Shown here: positions 28,175 through 41,359 of the stretch, piece after piece
Numbering within the stretch: the stretch's first letter is position 1
Layout: every line of letters starts with the position of its first letter
Assembly (NCBI GenBank): GCA_951406725.2
Contig: OX597832.1
Coordinates: forward strand, 39,680,001 to 39,744,000
Source of the DNA: Octopus vulgaris
Lineage: Eukaryota
DNA: 64,000 nt
Reading direction: 5' to 3'
Program-made: the position numbers and the translations under genes
Notes under the pieces: model-generated
The model's input: the letters and a program-made list of their open reading frames with translations, nothing else
Database searches by the model: none
Told to the model about the DNA's origin: nothing

Positions 28175-28779
28175 CTGAGGGAGAGAGAGAGAATATTTCT
28201 TTATTCACCATAAGGTTGAGAAAAAGAGGGGACGATACGGGGACAGAGAAAACAAACTTTGGGGTCAGGGTATCGAATGAGACGAAACGTATGAATAAAC
28301 AAACAATTAAAATACAATTAAATGAGAATGAGAGATTAACAAAAAACGAAGCGGAGGACACGGTTGACCCCACAAACCACAAACTCAAACTGAAGACTTT
28401 GCTTTCTCCTTTTTTACATTCTCGTTTAAACAGGTTCTTTCACTCGCAACATACTTGCTATAGACTTCTATCTTTTACGAAACACACTTTGCAACAGGCA
28501 TTTCTTCTCCAGCCTTATTTTCCGTTTCATGTGGAAAACGAAAAAGTCGATTTAGAGACGTTTGGGGGAGAATCATAGATATTGGGAGGAGAACAGATGT
28601 GTGTATATATCAGCTGATTTTGAACTAATATAGGACGTGGTAGTAAGTTCAGTAAAGCAAATATCCTTGCCAAGACAAATAAAAGAGTAAGCGTTGCTTT
28701 GCCTTAAGGAAAGACCAGAACCGTCATGGATTAATTATCATGGATTTGATAACTTCGTACTTTCGCTTTCTTTTTAGAG

Positions 28780-29065
28780 TAGTGGTTCTCAATTGGGGTC
28801 CATGTAAGATTTTGGAGGTGGGGTCCGCGTAAAAAAACTGTAAATTGAGGATCCACAATAGTTATTTAAAGGCCTTTCTGATGTATGTATTGCAAGAAAC
28901 TGCTGGGTTTCTTTCTCTAACATTTTACGTAGTTTAACCTACATAAGTGAATGTAGGAAAAACAAAACAGGGGTTTTAAAAGAGGTTTCTATAAGATACA
29001 TATTTAAAATTCGGATGGTTATGGTAGTCCACCAGAATAAAATACTAAACAAAGGGGTCCATAGA
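28780..29065 (+). mobile_element. Possible decayed hAT-type non-autonomous element
   Basis: Begins with agtggttctcaa (typical hAT TIR start) and carries repeated ggggtcc/ggatcc subterminal motifs; the right TIR was not found. Confidence 0.4.
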
Positions 29066-30229
29066 AGCTTGTTTTAGAGTATAAGGGTGATATCACGTGT
29101 TTGAAGATGGCTATTCTGATGTCTGGATAACCAATGTTACGTTAAACAATGTCTAAACACGATGACCAGTTTCATGCCATCGATGTTAAGCTGAGTTCGA
29201 TCGTGGTTGATGGAGATCTACTGCCTGAATACACATTAAATATTCTGTGATTTGTGCCTCGGAAAAGTCATTTTCATTCGTGGAACCAACACCATGAACA
29301 ACACCAGCAATAACGGCTCCAGCGAAAGAGTGGTGTGGGACACCTTGGTTCGAAGGTCTGAAGTGACCTAGGGCTGACCTACGGCTATACAATAACAGCA
29401 GCATCAACGCTAATGCCGCTGGCAATGCCAACACCCACACACCACTACCGCTAACATATCCGCCAACATGGACGACAACAATTTCATTGATATTATCACC
29501 GACGATACCGGCAGCTCCATCACTGCCAACAACATTAGCAACAATATCACCGAAAACACCCACACTGCCAACACAACTAACATAACACCACCAACACCAA
29601 TATCACCAGCACCGTCCCAACATCACCACCAACACCGACACCAACACTAATACCAACAACACCAACCATGCCACAAATAACAACCACCAATATAGACACT
29701 GCAGTAAATACAAACACGAAAATAATTACCGTCATATCCCAGAAACAAAATATATACAACTCGAATTACACATCAAAAATATCCAAGCTCGTAAAAAGCT
29801 GGGATAACCTCGAACACAATAGAAAGACAACTTCACACAACTGAAATGCAACTCAACATCAAACAAACAAAGAAGGATGCAACAAAGAACATAAGCCACA
29901 GGAAAAAAAAGCAGATAACTGGCAAACGTTTGTCTCCAACACAAACTACAAACGCAAACAGTGAAGTACCATAATCAGTATTGTAAACAACAACAGCAAC
30001 AACAGCAAAAACAACCAATAACAATGGTTACAGCCTACATCATGTCGTAGTTGCTCTATTTATGCGCCATGTTTGTTGTACAAGTGAAGGTAATCACTGA
30101 GTTTCGTAACAAACTGTCAAGATTTATGAATTTTTTCTTTTTTTCTTGGGGAAAGATACGGCAGTGGTTTCCTGTCGCCTGCTTCTGATATATTTAGTTT
30201 ATTCTGCGGAGTCGTCTGCTTTCTCGAAT

Positions 30230-30840
30230 ATACCTATTTCTTTACTACCCACAAGGGGCTAAACACACAGATGACAAATAAGGACAGACAAACGGATTAA
30301 GTCGATTACATCGACCCCAGTGCGTAAATAGTACTTAATTTATCGACCCCGAAAGGATGAAAGGCAAAGTCGACCTCGGCGGAATTTGAACTCACAACGT
30401 AACGGCAGACGAAATACCTATTTCTTTACTACCCACAAGTGGCTAAACACAGAGAGGACAAACAAGGACAAACAAACGGATTACGTAGATTATATCGACC
30501 CCCCAGTGCGTAACTGGTACTTATTTAATCGATCCCGAAAAGATGAAAGGCAAAGTCGACCTCGGCGGAATTTTGAACTTCGAGCGTAGCGACAGACGAA
30601 ATACCTATTTCTTTATTACCCACAACGAGCTAAACACAGAGAGGACAAACAAGGATAGACAAACGGATTAAGTAGATTATATCGACCCCCCAGTGCGTAA
30701 CTGGTACTTATTTAATCGACCCCGAAATGATGAAAGGCAAAGTCAACCTCGGCGGAATTTGAACTCAAAATGTAGCGGCAGACGAAATACAGCTACGCAT
30801 TTCGCCCGGCGTGCTAACGATTCTGCCAGCTCGCCGCCTT
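30230..30840 (-). mobile_element. SINE A multimer: one head followed by three tandem ~185-bp body+tail units
   Basis: atacctatttcttta.tacccacaa recurs at ~30230, 30414 and 30600; the head ends ccagctcgccgcctt at 30840. Confidence 0.9.
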
Positions 30841-30903
30841 TTTCTCGAATATACCCTCGAAGCATGGCAAGGAGGGCTGTTTCATGTGACGTCAAGGCAT
30901 GAC

Positions 30904-30944
<41 letters not shown>

Positions 30945-30957
30945 GTACATCTGTATG

Positions 30958-31037
30958 ACTCAGGTCTAGAGGTTAATCCTTCACCAAGACCTTAGCCACA
31001 AAAACCATCGGTGAAGGATTAACCTCTGGACCTGAGT
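30958..31037. repeat. 28-bp inverted repeat (hairpin) with ~24-nt spacer
   Basis: actcaggtctagaggttaatccttcacc / ggtgaaggattaacctctggacctgagt. Confidence 0.9.
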
Positions 31038-31549
31038 GTAATGATTAACCTCTTGACCATGTTCTGCTACTTTGGCCCATGCCGCTGCTCATGTCGCAAT
31101 TGCAACACTAAATCAAATACTTTTCTCACATAGCAGTCGAAGAATCCGACACCAAAAAAAAAAAAAACTCGCACAAACAAACCAGAAACATCAAACTAAA
31201 ATTACGCAGTTTCCTGTCTAGACTATGGTAGTGAACTCTTGACTTCATCCTATGATCAGACATCGGAGAAAACAACATGGAACCATGAACACACAAAAGC
31301 CTCAGGGCTGGGCAAAAATTATAGATAACTTACACACCTAAATTCCAAAAACGTCTGAAAGAATAAACCAAGAATAGTAAGAAAAAAAAATAATAATAAT
31401 CTTTTCTACTATACGCACGAGACCTGAAATTTGCGGGGAGGGATTAAGTTGGTTACATTGAGTTTCAGTGCGTGACTGGTTCTTTAATCGACCCCGAAAG
31501 GATTAAAGGCAAAGTCGACCTCGGAGGAATTTCAACTCAGAAGTTGATG

Positions 31550-32103
31550 CCCTGATGCAGTACCAGGCAGTGGCTCTCATGGCTTCTGATCTTAACTGAT
31601 TGGAAGTGTTATCATGTACATTGTTTTGTCTTGGTATAAAAGATGGGCTACAGCAAATATTCTGCTCAATACCACAGATTTGCTTGTCAGTTGTTTGACC
31701 TTAACCAGTTGAGCATGTCTCTTAGTGGCTGACGATATGTGCATCTCTGATCACGAGCAGAAGTAGTGGGGGAGCATCATAGCCATGTGTTGAGAGGGAT
31801 TCTTTGGGGTTTGAATAGTTCACCTCTGGAAACATGGGTGGTTCTTTCAACATCCTTAAGCAACCCTTATTCAGGGACCGTTTGAGCGGGATGGGCTACT
31901 CAACCTGAAGAAAATTCTAACTGGGCCCCACCTGCAAGGTCATGTGCTGTTTATCTTGATATGAGATCACCATGTCGCGCACATATGGTTGTGATGCATG
32001 TGCCTGGTGTACCTTTATCAGACGGGTAGTCATGATGGGTATATTGGGCTTCGTATATTTTACCCCAGTGTCACTTTGATGGCATGAACTGCTCTCTCAC
32101 TCA
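31550..32103 (+). mobile_element. Interspersed repeat family E (~555 bp, ends in (AAT)n, no tRNA head seen)
   Basis: Other copies at 34785-35005 (+, same 5' start) and 44040-44468 (-, same 3' end at a TAA tract). Confidence 0.85.
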
Positions 32104-32948
32104 ATAATAATAATAATGATAATAATAATAATAATAATAGGAGGAGGGGGAGAGGAGGAGGCGGGGAGGGGGTGAGGAGGTGAGGTGAGGAGGTGAGGAG
32201 GAGGACAGGAGATGAGGAGCAGAGGAGGGGAGGAAAGAAGAAGAAGAAGAAGAAGAAGAAGAAGAAGAAGAAGATGATGATGATGATGATGATGATGATA
32301 TCTACATTATCAAAATCCCGGAACTTGGAACAAGATAAAATTATATCAATTGAAAAACTCAACCAAAGCAACATCACATGTAACCATTTACACCTGACAA
32401 TAGAATTGAACAACGATGGGGGGCGGGGGCCTATAGAACGGAATGGGGATAGAGAGAGAGAGAGGGGGGAGAGGGAGAGAGGGAGAGACAGATAGATAGA
32501 CAGACAGAGAGACAGATTGATAGATAGACAGGCAGACAGCCTGACTGACAGATAGACAGGTATGTAGGTAGGTAGGTAGGTAGGTAGGTAGGTAGGTAGG
32601 TAGGTAGGTAGGTAGGTTTACACAGGTATGTAACAGGTAGGTAATCAGAAACACAAATAGTGGATAGGAGTAAAAAGGGAGGGAGGGAGAGAAAGAGTGA
32701 GATAGAAGGATAGAAAGCAAAGGATAGAGAGAAAAGAAAAGCAGAGAAGATAATAAGAAATGGAAAGAGGGGGAGAGAGAGAGAGGGAGAAAGGTGAAAG
32801 TAATGATTAGCCGAGTGTTCCGTAGTACGAGTCATAGATAAGGATTCTGTGAAGTTGAATGAAGAAAGTTTCTGCTGGAAATATAATTACGTTCTCTGGC
32901 TTCGGAAAATTTCACAATTGATTACATGTACTTTCTTCACACACACAC

Positions 32949-33013
<65 letters not shown>

Positions 33014-33857
33014 ACACATATACACATACATGCACACAACACACATGCACACAACACACACATACACACATACACACAACACACACACATACACACATAT
33101 ACATACAACACACACACACAGAAACACACACACACATACACACGCACACACACAACACACACACACGCATACACACAACACACACACACATATTCACATT
33201 ATCCATATACATTTACACACACATTCACATTATCCATACACATTTACACACATACACACACATTACAATATACTACACGTACTTTCACCCTCATCCACCA
33301 AATATCTACTCAAATACACACATAATACATGCGCGCGAATTACATTGTATCACACACACACACACTCACATACACCACACACACACATCCACTCACACAA
33401 CGTACACTTCCGTCTCACACGCACACATCATATCATACAACAGCACACTGTCACACACACACACCACGGCTGCATCCGACACTCCTCTCCCTACAACCAT
33501 CGTGTCCAGCTCTGTCTCTACCAAATCTGCCGCCATTTTTCTCCACCTCCCCGCCATCCTTGTTTATCCGGGATTCCTCCCACCACCGACATTCAACCCA
33601 ACCCTCAAACCACTCGACCATTTTCTCGATGACCGAACCGTCAAATCTTACAGACTGTCGATTACTTGACGCCATTAAACTGTCGTCTGTACCACGTGGA
33701 GCATTTAACGAGATGAATTGCCGTCCTTGATTAGCGTAAATACCCACGTGACCCGAAGTAAGCAATAAAAGCCTTAATGTTTTGACCAAGACAACCATAT
33801 TTAAACGTTTTTGATTCTTTTCATTCCGACTTTGCATATAATAATAATGATAATAAC

Positions 33858-33937
<80 letters not shown>

Positions 33938-33962
33938 TAATAATAATAACAATAATAAAAAT

Positions 33963-34031
<69 letters not shown>

Positions 34032-34063
34032 TAATAATCAATAATAATAATAATAATAATAAT

Positions 34064-34440
34064 ATTGTTATATTTCGGAATGGTCATTTTGCCAGTTTAG
34101 CCAATAAAAACACACGCACTATATATTTGGTGTTATTTTGCTTCAGTGTTATTTATTTTTTACATTAATCTTAATCTTATTTCGGCCAGAGTTCTTTCGT
34201 CACACTCCTGTGATCGCATACAAAATGGCTGACGGTTAGTAAGGGGAGACACAAATAAGAAAGAAGAAAACAAAGGACCACTGACGCGGTAACAGGAGTG
34301 TGACGAAAGAACTCTGGCCGAAATAAGATTAAGATTAACGTAAAAAATAAATAACACTGAAGCAAAATAACACCAAATATATGGTGCGTGTGTTTTTATT
34401 GGCTAAACTGGCAATATGACCATTCCGAAATATAACAATA
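34064..34440. mobile_element. Inverted pair of family P1 pLTRs (arms ~155 bp), with a hammerhead motif at 34275-34319 (+)
   Basis: 34064-34219 is the reverse complement of ~34283-34440; motif ggacca CTGACGC g gtaac aggagt gtgac GAAA g aa CTC tggcc. Confidence 0.85.
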
Positions 34441-34494
34441 TCTGTTTCAACACACGACTTCACATAAAAAATCTTGCACAACAAATATATAAAC

Positions 34495-34546
<52 letters not shown>

Positions 34547-34581
34547 TAATAATAATGATGATGATGATGATGATGATAATC

Positions 34582-34624
<43 letters not shown>

Positions 34625-34715
34625 CAACAACAACAACAACAATAACAATAACAATAACAATAATAATAACAACAACAACAACAATAATAATAACAATAAC
34701 AATAACAATAACAAT

Positions 34716-34782
<67 letters not shown>

Positions 34783-34784
34783 GT

Positions 34785-35005
34785 TCTGATGCAGTACCGG
34801 GCAGCGGCTCTCTAGGCTTTTGATCTTAACTGATTAGAAGTGTTATCATGTACATTGTTTTGTCTGGGTATAAAAGATGGGCTACAGCAAATATTCAGCT
34901 CAATATTCTGCTTGTCAGTTGTTTGACCTTAATCAATTGAGCATGTCCCTTGGTGGATAACGATATGTACATCTCTGATCATGAGCAGAAGTAGTGGGGG
35001 GGTGC
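34785..35005 (+). mobile_element. Family E, 5' part only, truncated by the Penelope element
   Basis: Aligns to 31550-31775. Confidence 0.85.
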
Positions 35006-35009
35006 ATCC

Positions 35010-35885
35010 TCAATTTTAGAGGATAAAACGGATTTGTACTGACACAGGGGATTACTGGAATCATGCAAATGCTTTTGTATGTCATTGTGTCAAACGCGGT
35101 TACAGTGAGTCACGAATAAAGGAAATATCAAAAGAAATAGCTAAGATTAGCAAAGATAGTCAAACCTACACGAATAATTTTAGCAAACACAATACAACAG
35201 ATGACAGAATTCCTTTAGTGATTAGCTGGCATCGACATTTCGCTGGCATTTCAAAAGTGTTCATGAAAGTTACCAGCATGTGGCGAAAAAATATTCTCGT
35301 TTCAAACAAATATTTCCTCAGCCGCCTATTGTAGCCTTTAGACGGAATAAGAATATTAGAGAATTATTGAGCTCTATATCTGACTCTAAGAAAACGAACA
35401 TTGGAGTATCTACACGCTGTACCTTAAAGAACAGCCGCAAGAGAGGTAAGCACTGTTCATTGTGCAACAACATGAGTGAAGTGAATTCTATCAGAAATCA
35501 TAACAGAAATGTTATGATTTATACAAAAGCTGGAACATGTAAAGATTCCCATTTGGTGTACGCTGCAGAATGTACGAAACACAACTTAATTTATGTTGGT
35601 TGCATAACAGAACAATTAAACAAAAGGTTTAATGGGCACAGATTCGACGTCAGGCACAAAAACAGTGGTTCAAAAGAACTTGCTGAACATTTCCTTTCAA
35701 GCGGCTGCAGTTTTGAAGAAGACTTGAAAGTGCATATTCTCAGAAAATATTCTGAATCTACTTCGCTTTCACTTCCCAGAATGTATGAGGAGAAATATGT
35801 TTGCAGGTTATTAACATCAGGCCCTGGAGGAATGAATAATGTGACAGGAGAATATCATCAAATTTATACAAAACTGTTTGATTAA
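35010..35885 (+). pseudogene. 5'-truncated Penelope-like element: RT thumb/linker plus GIY-YIG endonuclease, with one frameshift near 35260
   Basis: RIKRICT...KRGYS...DDRIPLVISW, then FPQPPIVAFRRNKNIRELL, CxxC, VYAAECTKHNLIYVGCITEQLNKRFNGHR...PGGMN. Confidence 0.92.
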
Positions 35886-36098
35886 ATATTCTTCTTTCTC
35901 TCTTTTTCTTTCCTTTGTTCTGTCGTCTTCTTCTTTCTGTTTTTTTCTGGGTTTTTTCTGTCTTTTTTCTTTTCGCCTGTTATAAAATTGTAACTGAAAA
36001 ACTGATGATGTTATTCCATCAACGTGTGGACGCTGGTTGCTCTCGTTCATACTTTACGTTTAAATTTCTGTAATTTTGAATTTTTATCACTTCTTATT

Positions 36099-36140
36099 TT
36101 GAACTTGACAAAGACAGACGTACTTTGAGATATCGTTCAA
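36099..36140 (+). ncRNA. Decayed hammerhead (U3-A8 variant) in the 3' pLTR of the Penelope element
   Basis: ttgaac TTGACAA agacagacgtacttt GAGAT ATC gttcaa; 6-bp stem I; AATAAA follows at ~36143. Confidence 0.6.
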
Positions 36141-36224
36141 CTAATAAAATATCTTAAAATCGAATCGCGCTCTTCGTCTTGACTGTTAACCTTTGTAAAG
36201 AGTTACGTCATTCTCTTTTTTAAA

Positions 36225-36314
<90 letters not shown>

Positions 36315-36354
36315 TAATAATAATAATAATAACAACAACAACAACAACAACAAC

Positions 36355-36800
36355 TGTTTCAAGAACTTGGTGGGCAATTACACGTAACAATGAAACCAGA
36401 TGCAGAGCATTCTGGACAGGGACCTGGGACCAACTTGTAGAGCATAATGATGAAGCGGAGTGGCAGCATGAAATCCAAGTTAGGTTAAGAAATATAGAAA
36501 GCCAAGAAGACATAAAAATAAACACAGAAATGATTTTTTTAAAAGTAGTTAAGAAAATTCACAAATTGGAAGAGTCCAGGACCAAATGGGGTCCAAAGTT
36601 ATTGGATGAAGAAGCTGAGAGGGCTTCAGGAAAGGATAGCGAAACTGCTAGATCAGTACCCAGCTGGATGACAAAGGGGAAGACATTGTTATGTGCCAAG
36701 GATCCTGAAAAGGGAAATTTTGCATCCAACTCTCGATTAATAACGTGTCTTCCACTAATGTGAAAACAACTGTCAAGTGATTTGACCGGTGAACTGTATA
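36355..36800 (+). pseudogene. R4/Dong-like retrotransposon fragment (region N-terminal to the RT core)
   Basis: [36 protein letters not shown] (alternate frame), [19 protein letters not shown]...RLITCLPLM; starts at an (AAT)n/(AAC)n tract. Confidence 0.85.
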
Positions 36801-36968
36801 GATACTTTCTTTTCTTAAATTCTGGTACTTTCCCCAACCGTCTTTCTGAAACCACTAAGTTACGGGGCTGTAAACAAACCAACATCAATTGTTTAAGAGG
36901 TGATGAGACAAACAAAAACAAAAATACACATACACACGTAAATGCACACGCGCCAGACACACACACAC

Positions 36969-37037
<69 letters not shown>

Positions 37038-37054
37038 CAGATAGATAGGCAGAC

Positions 37055-37123
<69 letters not shown>

Positions 37124-37285
37124 TAGACGACATGCTTCATAGTCTCCATCTATCAAATTTACTCAAATATCATTGGTCGGGCTGAAGCTATAGTAGAAGA
37201 CACTTACTTACCAAGGTGGTACGCATTAGGACCGAAACCGAAAATCACGGGCCTGCAAAGCGAGCTACTTAACGACACGGCCATA
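36800..37285 (-). mobile_element. Diverged SINE B with an internal (GATA)n expansion
   Basis: Tail half at 36800-36960 and head half at 37130-37285. Confidence 0.7.
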
Positions 37286-38632
37286 AAATTTATGTTCAAG
37301 AACTGAGAAGTCATCATCAGAGGTAGTGCTACTGTTGTGGGATCGATATCCATAAAACATCATTGATGTTAGCAAGGATATATAAAAAATGTTTACCTTG
37401 GTATATGTTGAGGGATTGTTGGACTCTGCCATAAGTCTTAAAGTATCCAATACCTGTTTTGCATTCTTCATTTTTCTTTCCCCAAACCCTAAGCTAAGTA
37501 AATCATAACTTACAACCGTGGCTCCCAAGCAGTTGAAATGACCATTGGTTTTCGTTCTTTCTCCATCCATACAGCAATTGGATGGATCGGTATAATCTAT
37601 ATTCGGCATTTCTACCTTTGAACAGTTAATAACCCAACCGACATTGCTTGCTTCTTATATCTTCCGTATAGCATGCTTGGAAGAAAGACTGTCCCCATAT
37701 ATATATATATATATATATATACATATGTGCGTGTATCAGATACATGCATACAGTTGTGTGAGTGTGTGTGTGTGTGAGTGTGTGTGTGTGTGTACACTCA
37801 CACACACATATCAAAGAGAAGGTGTAAATGCATGCGGATATATGTGTGTGCTTGTGTGTTCGTATGTAGGTGGAGAGAGAAAGAGAAACACAAAAGAGAA
37901 AGAAGAAAGAGAGACAGAAAGAGAGAGAGAGAAGATAGAGGGAGAGAGAATGGTGTATGTGATAAACTATTTTTTCGCGGAAAGAAAAACCCACTGACTC
38001 TATGATTGGAACAATATTTTCACTCGAATTTATTTGCTGATGTGATTTGTGCTCGGTCGATAAAGCTACAACAAACGAAGCACAAAACTATGTTGTCCTC
38101 TTAAAGAAAAAAAACGCTGGCGATTTCTCGGTGACGCCATTTTTAATATGGCCTCTCCTCTATAAAACCAGTGATAAGAGATGTCATCCATTCATGTGTG
38201 TTTCCATATTCTGAAATATGGAGCTGTTTCTTGATAGTGTTGTCATTGTTGCTTTGTTGTGTTTTTCAACCCCAGCCGAGCAGATCTGCAATGAAAATCG
38301 TTCCAGTCATAACCATCCTGTCTTTTATTCCCACAGTGTTTGTTTTGTGGGTTTTTTTTTTATCTTTTCGAAGGCTTGGCCTTGACCTTTGACCAGGATG
38401 TGTGGTGTTGGTTTGGAGGGGGTAAAGGGAGGAAGATATCTTCAAACCGAAGGCCTTGCATCAGTGATTTGGTCCCACTCCTTTGACCACTGCTTCGTCT
38501 CCCATATCTTCTAACAGGTGCTTCTGAAACACTGTCAGTGCTTAAGTTTAGGGGATGCAAACAAGCCAGCAACAATTGTTAAGAGGTGATGAGATAAAGA
38601 AAAGCAAAAAAGACACGCACGCACACACACAT

Positions 38633-38702
<70 letters not shown>

Positions 38703-38870
38703 CTACTCTCGCCATCCATCACACCAATGAGATCCAAACACTGCAACACCGATGTAAGAAATGTGTGGACTATGTTGAAAAATGCTCAACTGTTCACATT
38801 CCATGAGAGTATTTTAATCAGACGATGAACCTTTGAGCCGACATTCGTACATATTTATGTATATGCATAT

Positions 38871-38925
<55 letters not shown>

Positions 38926-39714
38926 ACACTAGTACACTACAATGAAAACTGCGGGCACATGGTACTAGAATTTTCTTAAGTATTGAAGCTAGAGAAGTAC
39001 TGGACAAGAAGGTAATTAAACCAGGTAAATTATAAGACAGGAAACAAAAACTTAAATATTGCTGCTGAAGTTAGAAATTGCTGTATAAATATCTGAAATC
39101 GTTCAGCAAATAGTGCGTACACTTTTTTTTTTTTTGCAAATTTAAATTTAAGTTAATATTTTTTATTTAAAAATCTCTTTGTATTAAGTTAAAATATTTG
39201 TCTTATTTTTAGCATTAAATTATTTTTTTAAATTTTCTTTTCTTAACAAATCTCATTATCCAAGAATTTTAAATCACAGATGTTGGTTTAAAATTAAACT
39301 TATGTCGAATATATGTAATTCAAAAATAAGAGTAAAAGATAGAATTTTTTCTTCTTTTTTTTGCGAATCAAAAGAATTTCTTTAAAGTTTGCATTATCAG
39401 ATAAAAGTATTATCTATTTACAGCCAGACTATTTAAAAATAAGAATTAACAAACAAACTTAGTGCAAAATATAGAAATGAGTCTCTAACTTAAAAAAAAA
39501 CTTTGGAGTTAATAAAACATTATCAATTTTGCTTAAATTGCTATTGTGTAATTTTTTAAATATATGAATTATGAAATTTGTAATATAAATTTTTAATCTG
39601 TAAACTTGCCGACTTTTCACTAAAATTGAGAATAAATACCTTCTTGGGTATTTTAATTTAAACATTTAGGTTAAAATAAAAAATATAAAAAGGCATTATT
39701 ACGATTTTAGTTTT

Positions 39715-40720
39715 TAAATTCTAACTTCAGTAGCAATATCTTAATATTTTTTCACCTTGTCATGTATTAATTTTTTTCCTTCTTGTCCAGGCTTAATTAC
39801 TCCTTGTCTTGAACTTCTCCAGGTTCAATTCTTAAGGATATTCTCGCACTCTGTTCCCGCATTTTTCTTTCTAGTCCACCCTTTTTTTTCTGTCAAGCAA
39901 CACTTCCATTATTATAATTAATTATATTTACTTTTATATTTTTCATACTAGTAATACTAAAAATAAGACAGAACTGTTTTTGCTTAGCACAAAAAAATTT
40001 TAAAATCAACTATTAACTTAGATTTTCTTTAATTTGCAATAAAAATCGAAAATATATTTTAAAAAAGCTTACGCACACTATTTCTTGAACAATTTGAGAA
40101 ATTTATTGTTGTCTAAATTTTCCCAAACACCTTTAGCTTCCTTTTTCTAAGATCTGATAGCTAGTCACATATCTGGTCAATATCGTATTGTTTTCTCCAA
40201 TATACTGACAGCCAACATTCGCCTGCCATATCAAAAGCAGTAAAGGATTGTGATCATTGATAAATTTTTCAGTTGATTTTCTTTGAAGTTGATGAAGCCT
40301 TTTAACATCTTTTCCATTTCATCTTATTTTGACACTTTCAGCGACAGCGGAGAAATTGAATCTTCCTTCAGCCTCAGGAAAGCCAAATCGACATTTGTTG
40401 ACCCCATTTTTTCCTTTTACACAAACGCTACAGTAAGTTTTGCTGCATGAATGCTTATGAAAACGACTGATGAAATTATAAATAATGAAGTTAAATACTG
40501 TACATGGTTATCTACAAGTAATATATTGTATAATTTTTGGGAATTTTTTCAAGAGAATCTTTCTCAAACAGCTGTTTCATCCACGCAATTTTTCATATGT
40601 ACCTGAAAATTAGAAAGAAAATGAGGGAAGCCAAATAGGAATGGATAGCAGTCCAGTGCAAAATAATCAAAACGGGGATATAGAAGGGTAACCACAAAGT
40701 TGCTTATAGAGCCCTCAAAA
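39715..40720 (-). pseudogene. Decayed Helitron/Helentron Rep (HUH) coding fragments
   Basis: Minus-strand translations HKHSCSKTYC...KCRFGFPE (~40370-40465) and INDHNPLLLLIWQANVGCQYIGENNTILTRYVTSY (~40155-40262) match the Helentron Rep motifs CRFxFP and NxYNPxLLxxWxANMDIQ. Confidence 0.7.
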
Positions 40721-40879
40721 TTCCAACGAAAACAAAGAAAAGCACCACCAATGATTTTGAGGACAAAACGTGCCTTTCATAGGTGGGAATGATGTCATCA
40801 AAAGACGGTCTGACTACCGCAAAGACTTTTAGAATCATAAATTCAAACATAACAGTAACACTCTAGACAATTCTAAAAA

Positions 40880-41352
40880 CAACAACAGAAAACTTGGGGA
40901 TACTCCAGTTCTCCAGGAGCAGAAGAGACAATGCGCATGCTCAAAGATGGGAAGTCCCCAAGAGTGGATAACGTCGCGTCTAAACTCCTAAATCATGGAG
41001 AGCCAAAGTTTATCAACGTACTAACAGTTACCTGTTAGAAGATATGTGAGACGAAGCAGTAGTCAAAGGAGTGGGCCCAATTCCTAATGATGCTCATTCC
41101 TAAGAGAGGCAACTGAAGACTCTGCCAGAATTATAGAACAATCAGCCTAACTAGTCATCCTAGCAAAATATTGCTAAGAGTACTGTTCAACAGACTTTAG
41201 GGGGAAGCGGAAGAAATCTTCGCAGAACAGACAGGATATAGGCCCCAAAGGAGTACTGTGGAGCAGATATTTAGAATTAGATTGCTCACTGAGGAACATC
41301 TGCAGCACCAGTCTGACCTTTATCACAATTTCATCAACTTCAAGAAGGCCTT
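40880..41352 (+). pseudogene. RTE-clade LINE reverse transcriptase fragment with several stop codons
   Basis: GKSPRVDNV...IPKRGN*RLCQNYRTISLTSHPSKILLRVLFNRL...EQTGYRPQRSTVEQIF...FINFKKAF. Confidence 0.9.
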
Positions 41353-41359
41353 TATAACG

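Noticed and set aside
36002-36030. CTGATGA at ~36002 (also ~27229 and ~40468)
   Set aside because: No stem II-GAAA or stem I pairing follows, so these are not called hammerheads.
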